From: Candidatus Omnitrophota bacterium | GTDB lineage: Bacteria > Omnitrophota > Gorgyraeia > Zapsychrales > Zapsychraceae | Length of the DNA stretch: 64,000 nucleotides | NCBI GenBank assembly: GCA_015233195.1 | Contig: JADFYE010000001.1 | Coordinates: 3,235 to 67,234 of the forward strand | Direction of reading: 5' to 3' | Part shown: positions 8,814-18,070 of the stretch, one piece after another | Position numbering within the stretch: position 1 is the stretch's first letter | Layout of the letters: every line of letters starts with the position of its first letter | Position numbers and translations under genes: made by a program | Notes under the pieces: model-generated | What the model saw: only the letters and a program-made list of their open reading frames with translations | Databases searched by the model: none | Told to the model about the DNA's origin: nothing

Positions 8814-9890
8814 ATGTTTAATGTTTCTTCCGCACATAAAGTTCTTATAGTAAATATTTTTGGTATAGGTGATGTGCTTTTTACGACACCGCTTATTTCA
8901 AATCTAAAAAAAACTAATCCTAATATTAAAATAGGTTATTTGTGTAACCGTCGGACAGAACCGGTTTTGCGTGCTGACCCATTGGTTAATAAGGTTTTTA
9001 TTTATGACCGGGATGAGTTTTATAAAGTGCAAAAGCAATCTTGGTTCAAATATATTCAAAAAGTTAATGGTTTGATACAAGAAATACGTAAAGAAAAATA
9101 TGATTTGGTCTTGGATGTATCAATGACTGATCTTATGGGATTTATATGCTGGGCTGCAGGTATAAAAGAGCGGGTTGGTTTAGCTTATAAAAATCGCGGA
9201 CGGTTTTTGACTAAAAAGCTTCCTTTTCAAGGTTATGAACGCAGGCATGTGGTCGAGTATTATCTTGACCTTTTAAGGGTTTTAGGTATGGATCCGCAGG
9301 ACAAAAATATGCGGCTGACAGTATCAGATGACATTAAGGTTTGGGCAAAGAAATTTATCAAGGAATTGGGGGTCAAAGAAATTTCGTCGGTGGTAATCGT
9401 GCCAGGAGGCGGAGCAAGCTGGGGAAAAGAAGCTTTTTATAAGCGTTGGAGCCCGGAAAATTACGCTAAATTAGCGGATAAAATCATTGAAATGTTCTCT
9501 GCAGACATTATACTTATGGGTGATACGAGTGAAATTGAACTTTGCCAGCAGGTGGCTTCGACGATGAAAAATCGCTCATTTCTAGCCTGCGGTAAGACCA
9601 ATATTCAACAGTTTGCTGCTGTTGCTCAGATTGCGCGTTTATGCGTGGTCAATGACGGAGGACCTTTGCATATGGCAGTAGCAGCAGGGGCGAAGACCGT
9701 GTCTATTTTTGGACCGGTTGATGAGAAAGTTTATGGTCCGTATCCGGTTAATTCTCATATTGTTGTAAAAAGTACGATCGAGTGCAGACCTTGTTATCAT
9801 AATTTTCGCAAAGCATCTTGCGAGCATATAAATTGTCTTAAACAGCTTTCATATCAAAATGTTATGGAGCAAGTAGAAAGGTTTTTATGA
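8814..9890 (+). CDS. Glycosyltransferase family 9 (heptosyltransferase-like)
   Basis: KVLIVNIFGIGDVLFTTPLI N-terminus and C-terminal VVNDGGPLHMAVAAG block, both typical of GT9. Start moved to the in-frame ATG at 8814, because the track start at 8769 lies inside the conserved box. Confidence 0.75.
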   Translation: MFNVSSAHKVLIVNIFGIGDVLFTTPLISNLKKTNPNIKIGYLCNRRTEPVLRADPLVNKVFIYDRDEFYKVQKQSWFKYIQKVNGLIQEIRKEKYDLVLDVSMTDLMGFICWAAGIKERVGLAYKNRGRFLTKKLPFQGYERRHVVEYYLDLLRVLGMDPQDKNMRLTVSDDIKVWAKKFIKELGVKEISSVVIVPGGGASWGKEAFYKRWSPENYAKLADKIIEMFSADIILMGDTSEIELCQQVASTMKNRSFLACGKTNIQQFAAVAQIARLCVVNDGGPLHMAVAAGAKTVSIFGPVDEKVYGPYPVNSHIVVKSTIECRPCYHNFRKASCEHINCLKQLSYQNVMEQVERFL

Positions 9891-10984
9891 ACGTTCCTTT
9901 TGTAGATTTTTCAAAACAGTATCAAAGCGTAAAAGAACAGGTTGACGCTGGAATTAAATCAGTTTGTGAGCGCGGCGCGTTTATTCTTGGACCAGAAGAG
10001 AAAGCTTTTGAAGAAGCTTTTGCAAAATATTGCGGGGTTAAACATGCTATAGGTTTGAATTCAGGAACTGATGCTTTGTTTTTGGCTTTGAAATCTGTGG
10101 GTGTAAAACCCGGTGATGAAGTAATTGTACCGTCTATGACTTTTATTGCTACAGCTTTAGGAGTTTCTTATATTGGAGCAAAGCCGGTGTTCGCAGACGC
10201 TGAAGACGATACCTGTAACATTGATCCGGAAAGCATAAAGAAAGTGATTACTAAAAAAACCAAAGCCATCATACCAGTACATTTGTATGGTCAGTCAGCG
10301 ACGATGGATCCGATTTTAGCTTTAGCAAAAAAACATGGTATAGCAGTTATTGAAGATGCTTGTCAGGGGCATGGCGCTTTGTATAAAGGTAATAGAGTCG
10401 GGTCAATGGGCGATGCCGGATGTTTTAGTTTTTATCCTACTAAAGGGTTGGGCGCGTTTGGTGACGGAGGTATGATAATAACTGACCGGGACGATCTGGC
10501 TGCGCAGGCGAGGATGTTTAGGGATTATGGACGTACTGACCGTTACGCGCATAAGTTTATTGGTTATAATTCTCGTCTGGATACTGTGCAAGCTGTTGTG
10601 TTGAATGCTAAATTACCGCATTTAGATGAGTGGAACAATATGCGGATTAAACATGCCGCGTATTATGCGAAATTGTTAAAAGGGGTTAAAGGCATAAAAC
10701 TTCCGACGGTAGCTTCAGACCGCAACCATGTTTATCAAACCTTTGCGGTAAGAGTTGCTAATCGGGATAAAGTTATAGACGGGCTTAAAGCCAAAGGTGT
10801 AGGCGCTTTGATCCATTATCCCATCCCAGTACATTTGCAGGAAGCTTATGCTGATTTAAAATATAAAAAAGGTGATTTTAAAGTCGCGGAACGATTATCC
10901 AATGAGGTTTTATCCTTGCCGATGTTCCCGCACATGACCAAGGAACAGATTGAGTATGTGTGTATGGCATTAAAAGAAATATAA
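9887..10984 (+). CDS. DegT/DnrJ/EryC1/StrS-family sugar aminotransferase (canonical PLP-Lys present)
   Basis: 365 aa. GTDALFLAL, IPVHLYGQ and FSFYPTKGLGAFGDGG (Lys retained). 4-nt overlap with the GT9 gene. Confidence 0.85.
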   Translation: MNVPFVDFSKQYQSVKEQVDAGIKSVCERGAFILGPEEKAFEEAFAKYCGVKHAIGLNSGTDALFLALKSVGVKPGDEVIVPSMTFIATALGVSYIGAKPVFADAEDDTCNIDPESIKKVITKKTKAIIPVHLYGQSATMDPILALAKKHGIAVIEDACQGHGALYKGNRVGSMGDAGCFSFYPTKGLGAFGDGGMIITDRDDLAAQARMFRDYGRTDRYAHKFIGYNSRLDTVQAVVLNAKLPHLDEWNNMRIKHAAYYAKLLKGVKGIKLPTVASDRNHVYQTFAVRVANRDKVIDGLKAKGVGALIHYPIPVHLQEAYADLKYKKGDFKVAERLSNEVLSLPMFPHMTKEQIEYVCMALKEI

Positions 10985-10988
10985 TCGC

Positions 10989-11030
10989 TCCCCTCTCCAG
11001 CCTCTGGGGAGAGGGTTAGGGTGAGGGGAA
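10989..11030. repeat. 42-bp GC-rich palindromic repeat, copy 2
   Basis: Identical to 7216-7257. Starts 5 nt after the stop of the second DegT paralog. Confidence 0.9.
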
Positions 11031-11060
11031 AACATAGAGAATACGATAAGGATTAAATAA

Positions 11061-11825
11061 ATGGCAAAAGTACCAGTTAGCGTCGTAGTTATCGCGAAGA
11101 ATGAAGAAGATAATATCGAAGAATGTTTGCGCAGTGTTTACGGCTGGGCAGATGAATTGATTTTGGTAGATGATCAGAGTTCTGACAAGACAGTTGAGAT
11201 TGCTGAAAAAATAGCGGATAAAATTTTTCACCGGAAGATGAGTAATGAAGGTGAGCATCGGAATTGGGCGATACAGCAAGCTCGCAATGAATGGGTTTTG
11301 AGTTTAGACGCTGATGAACAAGTTACGCCGGAATTGCGTAATGAGATTACGGGATTGATAACCAGTAATGAATTTCAGGCGTTTTCTATTCCTTTGAAAA
11401 CTTACATTGGTTCTTATTGGGTAAAACATTCGGGCTGGTATCCAGCTAATAAATTGCGGATGTATATGAAGAGTAAGATGCGCTTTGAAGAGGTAAGCGT
11501 GCATCCGCGGATATTTTTAGACGGGAAAGAGAAAAAATTGAGCTGCGATATTATTCATAAAGGTTATCCGGATTTTGAACATTTTTTGGGAAGCTTGAAT
11601 CGGCAGACAACTTTGGAAGCGCAAAAATGGATTTCAGGCGGACGTAAAATGTCTTTAGGTGTGGCGATGTGGCGTACCATTGATAGATTGCCGAGGGTAT
11701 TTTTTGGTAAGAAGGGTTATAAAGACGGATTCATGGGTTTTATGATCGCGTTTTTTGCCTCATTGTATCAAATCATGAGTTACGCGAAATATTGGCAGAT
11801 TAATAAAGAAAACATAAAAAAATAA
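11061..11825 (+). CDS. Glycosyltransferase family 2
   Basis: 254 aa. VSVVVIAKNEEDNIEECL and LSLDADE (DxD-type) motifs typical of GT2 enzymes. Confidence 0.75.
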   Translation: MAKVPVSVVVIAKNEEDNIEECLRSVYGWADELILVDDQSSDKTVEIAEKIADKIFHRKMSNEGEHRNWAIQQARNEWVLSLDADEQVTPELRNEITGLITSNEFQAFSIPLKTYIGSYWVKHSGWYPANKLRMYMKSKMRFEEVSVHPRIFLDGKEKKLSCDIIHKGYPDFEHFLGSLNRQTTLEAQKWISGGRKMSLGVAMWRTIDRLPRVFFGKKGYKDGFMGFMIAFFASLYQIMSYAKYWQINKENIKK

Positions 11826-11839
11826 ATTGTCAACTTCGT

Positions 11840-12475
11840 ATGAGCATTATATTTTTAGACAGAGACGGGGTAATCAATGAATTCCCCGGTGATGGTAAGT
11901 ATGTAACGCGCTTAAAAGATTTTCATCTTTTAAACCGTTCAAAAGAAGCTATTCGTATTTTAACTGAGCAAGGGTTTGATATTTTTGTGGTTTCGAATCA
12001 AGCGGGAGTAGGTCGGAAAATTTATAGCCGGACCAAACTGGACTTGATCACCGACGCTATGCTTAAAGGTATAAAAGATGCCGGCGGTAAAATAACTAAA
12101 GTAATGTATTGTACTCATCGGTCTGACCAAGGTTGCGCTTGCCGTAAACCAGAGATCGGTAATATTACTAAAGCACTGAAGGCTACTGGGCGGACTTTGC
12201 GTTCTGCTAAAGATAAGTTTTTTATCGGCGACACTAAATCAGATATTTTGTGCGGATATAATGCAGGGTGTAAGACGATTTTAGTTTTATCTGGACGGGC
12301 GAAACGGCGGCAGATAAAAAATTGGGGAGTGCGTCCAGATTTTGTGGCAAGAGATCTTTTAAGCGCGGTTAAAAATATTGTTTTGCATGATCTGCCTATA
12401 TCAAAAAGGGTAAAGCGTTCTAACGATGCGTATTTCAGAAAAGCTAAATTGCATGAAGTATTAAAAACAGTTTAA
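11840..12475 (+). CDS. gmhB: D,D-heptose 1,7-bisphosphate phosphatase (HAD family)
   Basis: FLDRDGVIN (HAD motif I), VVSNQAGVGR, the Zn-site pattern CTHRSDQGCACRKP and GDTKSD. Carries a ~35-aa C-terminal extension. Confidence 0.8.
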   Translation: MSIIFLDRDGVINEFPGDGKYVTRLKDFHLLNRSKEAIRILTEQGFDIFVVSNQAGVGRKIYSRTKLDLITDAMLKGIKDAGGKITKVMYCTHRSDQGCACRKPEIGNITKALKATGRTLRSAKDKFFIGDTKSDILCGYNAGCKTILVLSGRAKRRQIKNWGVRPDFVARDLLSAVKNIVLHDLPISKRVKRSNDAYFRKAKLHEVLKTV

Positions 12476-12487
12476 AAAGGATGCGGT

Positions 12488-13573
12488 ATGAAAATTTTGG
12501 TGATGCATGCAACTGCCGGAGCTGGTCATCAAAAAGCCGCTGAAGCGATTTATAATGCTCTAAAAAAATATACTGGTCATGAAGTGGTTTGCGCCGACGT
12601 TTTGGATAAGACCAGTCCTGCCTTTAAAGATCTTTACCGCAAAAGTTATTTTTTTATGGTAGCTAAAGTTCCATGGCTGTGGCAAATAAGTTTTGGTTTT
12701 TTAGATTGGAATATTGCTCAGCCTCTGATGTATATGGGACGCAGAGTATACAATGGATTAAATACTCGGCAATTGCGTGATTTTTTGATAAAGGAACAAT
12801 TTGATTGGATAATCTCGACGCATTTTATGCCGATTGAAGTGGTTTCAGCTTTAAAAAAATCGGATAAAATAAAGTCCCGTCTGATCGCCTGTGTTACTGA
12901 TTTTGATGTGCATCATATTTGGATGGGCAGTGGTGTTGATTATTACGCGGTAGCAACTGAATGGACCAAGCGTAAGATTGTGCGCATGGGCGTGCATGCC
13001 AACAAAGTATTTATTACTGGAATACCGACCGATGAGAAATTCAGTCAAGTTAAAAACCGCTCTGAACTCAAGCGTAAATTAGGGATAGAGGACGGAAAGT
13101 TTACGGCTTTGATTGCTACTGGCTCATTTGGTATCGGACCTATAGAGGAGATAATTAAAGCCGTACCTGGGACTCAATTTGTGGTGGTATGCGGGCATGG
13201 TGAAAAACTTTTTAAAACTTTGACTGAAAAAAAATATCCTAATGCTCGGGTTTTTGGATTAGTTAATAATATGGACGAAATGATGGCTGTATCCGACGTT
13301 ATGGTTACTAAACCTGGCGGGTTGTCGATATCCGAAGCATTAGTGGTTGGTTTACCTATGATATTTTTCAGTGCTATACCTGGTCAGGAAACTAATAATA
13401 TTAAAGTTCTAAACTCGTTTGGTATAGGAGCAGGACCGGCTACGGTTCCGCAAATAGTACGCTTATTGAACGAATTTCAAAAATCTCCTGAAAAATTGGC
13501 TGCAGCAAAAGAACGTATTAACGCTATGGCTCGTCGAAACTCAGTGAAAGAAATAGTAGAATTGATTCGGTGA
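12488..13573 (+). CDS. Monogalactosyl/diglucosyl-diacylglycerol synthase-like glycosyltransferase (GT28; MGDG-synthase N-domain)
   Basis: 361 aa. MKILVMHATAGAGHQKAAEAI N-terminus and C-terminal MVTKPGGLSISEAL block, as in UgtP/MGDG synthase family proteins. Confidence 0.65.
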   Translation: MKILVMHATAGAGHQKAAEAIYNALKKYTGHEVVCADVLDKTSPAFKDLYRKSYFFMVAKVPWLWQISFGFLDWNIAQPLMYMGRRVYNGLNTRQLRDFLIKEQFDWIISTHFMPIEVVSALKKSDKIKSRLIACVTDFDVHHIWMGSGVDYYAVATEWTKRKIVRMGVHANKVFITGIPTDEKFSQVKNRSELKRKLGIEDGKFTALIATGSFGIGPIEEIIKAVPGTQFVVVCGHGEKLFKTLTEKKYPNARVFGLVNNMDEMMAVSDVMVTKPGGLSISEALVVGLPMIFFSAIPGQETNNIKVLNSFGIGAGPATVPQIVRLLNEFQKSPEKLAAAKERINAMARRNSVKEIVELIR

Positions 13574-15423
13574 TAACTATGTATCCTAAAGTAGCTAAAG
13601 TTATAGTGGCTCTTCCAGTGGAAGGGCCGTTTGATTATTCAGTGACTGAAAGACTGCAGAAGAATATTGCTATAGGTCAGCGGGTTAAGGTCATGTTCAA
13701 CCGCAAGATAATTATGGGAATGGTGGTTGGGCTAGGCGATAAAAGTGATTTCCCAAAGTTAAACCCGGTATTGGATATATTAGACCGGGGAATGCCGATC
13801 TTAGACGCTGATGCGCTGATTCTTAGCAAAAAAATGGCGGATTTTTTTGGCTGTTCCTGGGGCGAAGCTTTGGCAATACATCTGCCGCGTCCCTTAAGAA
13901 AAACTTCATTTTTTGAATTGCCTCACGCATTACCGGTTTTGAATATTGCTTCCCCGTCTAATACGATTTTATGCGAACCTGATACAGTTACGCGCTGGGA
14001 TTATTTACGGCTTAAGATAAAGTCAGTTATCGACGATAGAAAGTCAGTTTTGATCTTGGCTCCGGACGCGTTCGTGCTTAAGGCTGCTGTGAAAGAATTG
14101 AAAACATTTAAAGATAAATTAATCATATTTAAAAAACCAGTAGCAGTTAAAAAAGATCTTGCTAGCTGGGTTAAGGCAACTACTACTTCAGGGAACATTG
14201 TAATTGGTACTCGTTCCGCGGTTTTCACGCCTATCAATGCTTTGAGTTTGATCATAATGCTGGATGAAGAAAACGAAGCATACAAAGAAGAACAGCCGCC
14301 GCATTATCACGCGAGATCAGTCGTGTTATGGCGCAGTGAATTAATAAAATGTGACACGCTTTTTGTTGGATTATCGCCGAGTGTGGATTTATGGTATTTG
14401 GCGCATAAAAACAATTGGAATATTGAATTGTCAAAACTTACGCCGCGACCGGTGAATTTACAATTGGTAGACCAAAGTAATTATAAGCGGCTCTATGAGA
14501 ACATGATAAGTTTCCCTTTGCAAAGCGAGATGCAGAAAGTATTAAAAGCTGGAGGTAAAATATTATTGTTCATGAACCGCCGAGGATTTGCCACTGTTAC
14601 TAAATGCAATCATTGCGGTTTTACGTTAAAATGTCCACGCTGCTCAGTCAATCTTACGTATATGTATTCTAAAAAGAAATTAGTGTGCCGTTTTTGCGAA
14701 CATAAGGAAGACGTTCCTAAGATTTGCTCGTCATGCGGAAGCGATTATTTACGTTCAACTGGCGCTGGAGTTGAAAAATTCCAAAGTTCATTAGCTTTAT
14801 TTTTTTCGACTGCGCGCATTGGATATTACGATAAAGAATCTGAGGGGTATCCTAACGAATATGATATTGTGGTCGCTACTCAGGCAGTTTTAAGGTGGAA
14901 AGATGAGGTTAGGGTTGATCTTTGTGCGATATTGGATATAGACGCTGAGATGAATCGGTTTGATCATGCTTCATCGCATAAAGTGTTTAGTTTATTGATG
15001 GGTTTGCGGCAAATGACAGCTAATACTTTATGCGTGCAGACGCATATGCCAGGAAATTATGTGATTGATTGCGCGGTGAAATTGGACTGGGGGACGTTTT
15101 ATCAGCAGGAATTATTACAAAGAAAAGAAATGAATTTCCCGCCGTATAAACATTTTATTTCTATCGGCTTGCGGGGATTGGACGAAGATGCCATATTAAA
15201 GCAAAGTGTGGAATTGTATAATGCGTTTCAGAAGATATGGGAAGGGCAGGCTATTGAAATTTTTGAACCGCAGCCTGAGATGATCGCTAAATTGCGGGAT
15301 CAGTATCGGTATACTATAATGTTGCGTACGGAAGACCCCGCGCCAATACTTAAAGATATTAAAAGTGTATTAAAAGCTGGAAAGCACAGGAGAGGAATTG
15401 TAGTAACTTTGGAGGTAGTGTGA
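13570..15423 (+). CDS. priA: Primosomal protein N' (PriA)-like, with degenerate helicase motifs
   Basis: 617 aa. PriA-type N-terminus (VAKVIVALPVEGPFDYSV), GTRSAVF, the Cys-rich Zn region (CNHCG...CPRC...CRFC...CSSCG) and a C-terminal domain are present. There is no Walker A GxxxxGK[ST] anywhere in the protein, DEEH reads DEEN, and motif V/VI equivalents read ATQAVLRWKDEV and MGLRQMT. Upstream of fmt, as is common for priA. Confidence 0.7.
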   Translation: MITMYPKVAKVIVALPVEGPFDYSVTERLQKNIAIGQRVKVMFNRKIIMGMVVGLGDKSDFPKLNPVLDILDRGMPILDADALILSKKMADFFGCSWGEALAIHLPRPLRKTSFFELPHALPVLNIASPSNTILCEPDTVTRWDYLRLKIKSVIDDRKSVLILAPDAFVLKAAVKELKTFKDKLIIFKKPVAVKKDLASWVKATTTSGNIVIGTRSAVFTPINALSLIIMLDEENEAYKEEQPPHYHARSVVLWRSELIKCDTLFVGLSPSVDLWYLAHKNNWNIELSKLTPRPVNLQLVDQSNYKRLYENMISFPLQSEMQKVLKAGGKILLFMNRRGFATVTKCNHCGFTLKCPRCSVNLTYMYSKKKLVCRFCEHKEDVPKICSSCGSDYLRSTGAGVEKFQSSLALFFSTARIGYYDKESEGYPNEYDIVVATQAVLRWKDEVRVDLCAILDIDAEMNRFDHASSHKVFSLLMGLRQMTANTLCVQTHMPGNYVIDCAVKLDWGTFYQQELLQRKEMNFPPYKHFISIGLRGLDEDAILKQSVELYNAFQKIWEGQAIEIFEPQPEMIAKLRDQYRYTIMLRTEDPAPILKDIKSVLKAGKHRRGIVVTLEVV

Positions 15424-16385
15424 AAATAATATTTTTCGGAAGCGATGATTTTGCTGACGCGCATTTTGAGCGTTTATTAGACGAGGGATATCAAATCGTC
15501 GCGTGTGTTACTCAGCCGGATAAACCCAAAGACCGCGGCATGAAAATTACTATGTCGCCGATCAAGGCGCGCGCTTTGATGCATAATATCCCGGTTCTTC
15601 AACCCGAGACTTTAAAATCAAATAGTATTGTCGAGGATCTGCGGGTTTTTAATGCTGATGTTTTTGTGGTAATTGCTTACGGAAGATTTTTAACTCCTGA
15701 AATATTAGCCCTTCCTAAAATTGGTTCATTGAATGTCCACGGTTCTTTACTACCAAAATATAGGGGAGCAGCTCCGATTAATTGGGCAATATTAAACGGC
15801 GAAATAGAAACTGGCATTACTATAATTCGTTTGAACGCGCAAATGGATGCTGGTGATATTATCAGCCAAGTGAAATTATTGATTTCAGAAGATGAGACTT
15901 CGGTAGAGTTAAGACAGGGAATGATCGCTGCTGGCTGCGAGTTATTAAGTTATACTTTAAAAAATTTCAATGCTGATACCAAAGGCGTTCCGCAAGACGA
16001 TAAGAATATTTCATTCGCGCCTAAACTTACCAAACAATTAGGTCTTATAGATTGGAACAGACCAGCAAAAAATATTCACGACCAGATCCGTGGTTTACAG
16101 CCTTGGCCTTTAGCTCACACTTTCATCAAAAATAAACAATTGTCGATTTTTTCTTCGTCTATAGTTGACGTCCGTTTTGGCGATGTCTTGCCTGGTGTAG
16201 TGGTTCAGATAAATAATGAAGGAGCTGTGATCGCGACCGGCGATGGAACTTTATTAATCAGAGAAGTACAGCCTGCAGGGTCAAGGCGGATGGATATGTC
16301 GGCATTTGTTAGAGGAGCAAGGCTTGTGGTTGGAGATCGGTTTGTTGATATGGAAGATGATAAAACAAATATATTAAAAATTTAA
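15420..16385 (+). CDS. fmt: Methionyl-tRNA formyltransferase
   Basis: 321 aa. MKIIFFGSDDFA start, NVHGSLLPKYRGAAPINWAI (SLLP motif) and the C-terminal tRNA-binding domain. Confidence 0.9.
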   Translation: MKIIFFGSDDFADAHFERLLDEGYQIVACVTQPDKPKDRGMKITMSPIKARALMHNIPVLQPETLKSNSIVEDLRVFNADVFVVIAYGRFLTPEILALPKIGSLNVHGSLLPKYRGAAPINWAILNGEIETGITIIRLNAQMDAGDIISQVKLLISEDETSVELRQGMIAAGCELLSYTLKNFNADTKGVPQDDKNISFAPKLTKQLGLIDWNRPAKNIHDQIRGLQPWPLAHTFIKNKQLSIFSSSIVDVRFGDVLPGVVVQINNEGAVIATGDGTLLIREVQPAGSRRMDMSAFVRGARLVVGDRFVDMEDDKTNILKI

Positions 16386-16447
16386 ACAAGAGTCTTCGCA
16401 GTCGCTTAGACTCTACGCTGCTCTTGTCGCAGCTACGAGGAGATTAT

Positions 16448-17422
16448 ATGGCAAAGCAAAAAAGATTTCCAAACTGGTTGATTATTTTGTTAGTGGTTTT
16501 GATGGGGCTGGTGATAGTAAAAGATTTTTTAATTAAATCCGCAGTTGAAGTTGGTTCCAAAGTTGTCGTAGGCGTTCCGGTTAAAATTCAGTCTTTGTCT
16601 TTAGGTATTTTTTCACAAAAAATCAGAATCAAAGGTTTTCAAGTGTTTAATCCGCAAGGATTTCCAGCCGGGATAATGGTTGATATGCCGGATATAGCAG
16701 TAGATTATGATTTGCCGGCATTGATCAAAGGCAAGATTCATTTGCGGCTTTTAGTATTGAACATGAAAGAAATGATAGTAGTAAAAGATAAAGCAGGCGA
16801 GCTGAATGTGAATGCCTTAAAAGTTTCAGCTAAGAAAAAGGAAGAAAAAAAAGAAGTCAAACAAACCAAAGAGACCAAGCCATTGGCAATGCAGATCGAT
16901 TTAATGAAATTGACTGTGCGTAAGGTTATCTATAAGGATTACACGTCGGGAAAGCCTGAGCCGGCTATTAATGTGGTGGATGTTGGTATTCAGGATAAAG
17001 AGTTTAAAGATATCAAGAGCGCGCAGGAATTGGCAGCAGTAGTTTTACAAGCTACCTTCTCGTCTGCGGCTTTAAAAGGGGTTGGGCTTTACGGTGCAGT
17101 TACGGTTTTAGGAACAGCGTTCTTGCCTGTCGGAATTGCTGCTGCAGTTTTGATGGATAATACTGCGAGCCAGGTTTTTAATAAATCGCATGATGAAGTT
17201 TGGAATAAAGTTTTAGGTTTTATATCTAAAGATGGGCAGAGTGTGGTCGCTGATAAAGTTGCAGGGACGATTACTGCAGTACGGAATAAATATAAAGTTA
17301 TGGTGTGGGTGAAAAAAAATAAAAATGGGATCGAAGTAAAGGTTGAAGCTAAAAAATCATTTTTGCCTAATAAACAAGAAGCAGAGCGGATATTGTATGA
17401 CATCTCGGAGTTGATAAAATAA
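16448..17422 (+). CDS. Membrane-anchored hypothetical protein with AsmA-like N-terminal region
   Basis: Start moved to ATG 16448 (GAGGAG SD 6 nt upstream). N-terminal TM helix, then beta-rich repeats (VPVKIQSLSLGIFSQKIRIKGFQVFNPQGF), a Lys/Glu-rich linker and a second hydrophobic segment. Confidence 0.4.
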   Translation: MAKQKRFPNWLIILLVVLMGLVIVKDFLIKSAVEVGSKVVVGVPVKIQSLSLGIFSQKIRIKGFQVFNPQGFPAGIMVDMPDIAVDYDLPALIKGKIHLRLLVLNMKEMIVVKDKAGELNVNALKVSAKKKEEKKEVKQTKETKPLAMQIDLMKLTVRKVIYKDYTSGKPEPAINVVDVGIQDKEFKDIKSAQELAAVVLQATFSSAALKGVGLYGAVTVLGTAFLPVGIAAAVLMDNTASQVFNKSHDEVWNKVLGFISKDGQSVVADKVAGTITAVRNKYKVMVWVKKNKNGIEVKVEAKKSFLPNKQEAERILYDISELIK

Positions 17423-17439
17423 TTGCGGGGGATTTTATT

Positions 17440-17850
17440 ATGATAAAAAAAATGGGAATATCAGGAAGATGGACCATGGCGTCCACTTTAGCAGTGCTTG
17501 TGATTATGGGTATAGCACTTTTGGTGGACTGGTTGACCCCATTAAAAGTTCGTTATGTTCACGATAAAATTAAAATTGGTATGACGGGTGAAGAAGTGCA
17601 AAGGGTATTGAACGGGCAGGGTAGATACTTTTTGCATTGTGAAGGAGAGTTAAAGGAGAGAAATTTTTTTATAGCTACAGACAAATGCTTTGAGACGGTT
17701 TCGTCTCTGCCAAGTCAAAAATTAATAAAAAGTGTAAGAATGAATGTTTTATTTATGGGTCCTGCTTATTGGCATAACGAATTTGATATAACATTTGCTG
17801 AAAATGGAAAAGTCAAAGAAATTAGTTCTGTTAGAGGCTGGGATTGGTAG
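17440..17850 (+). CDS. Small membrane-anchored hypothetical protein
   Basis: 136-aa ORF with one N-terminal hydrophobic helix. No recognisable motif. Confidence 0.4.
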   Translation: MIKKMGISGRWTMASTLAVLVIMGIALLVDWLTPLKVRYVHDKIKIGMTGEEVQRVLNGQGRYFLHCEGELKERNFFIATDKCFETVSSLPSQKLIKSVRMNVLFMGPAYWHNEFDITFAENGKVKEISSVRGWDW

Positions 17851-17929
17851 TGTATTTTATTTGATATTTTGGATGATATTTTCTTCTTGTAAAACTATAA
17901 CGATTCGATAAAATAGAGCATCCCTTTCA

Positions 17930-17966
17930 TCCCTTCAAGATAGTTTCTATTCTGGAGGGATTTTTT
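17930..17966 (+). terminator. Candidate rho-independent terminator
   Basis: Stem 17930-17937 / 17953-17960 (tcccttca / tggaggga, 8 bp including one G-U) followed by TTTTTT at 17961-17966. The loop is long (15 nt). Confidence 0.45.
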
Positions 17967-18018
17967 ATGTAAAAGCCTGCCGTTTAAGATTCCAAAAGTT
18001 TTCAGTAAAAATTAATTT

Positions 18019-18047
18019 TTGACATGACAACTGTATAGTTGTATACT
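18019..18047 (+). promoter_or_regulatory. Sigma70-type promoter with embedded palindromic operator for the higB/higA-like pair
   Basis: TTGACA (18019-18024), 17-nt spacer, TATACT (18042-18047). The spacer contains the inverted repeat ACAACT-gtat-AGTTGT (18027-18042). GGAGGA SD at 18062-18067 and ATG at 18071. Confidence 0.6.
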
Positions 18048-18070
18048 TACACTAAGAATTTGGAGGAAGT

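Noticed and set aside
16386-16447. Nested inverted repeats after fmt (agagtct...agactct and acaagag...ctcttgt) as a terminator or a relative of the 541-685 element.
   Set aside because: There is no T-tract, and similarity to the other element is limited to short words (aacaag, cgcag). It may be a processing hairpin, but support is insufficient.
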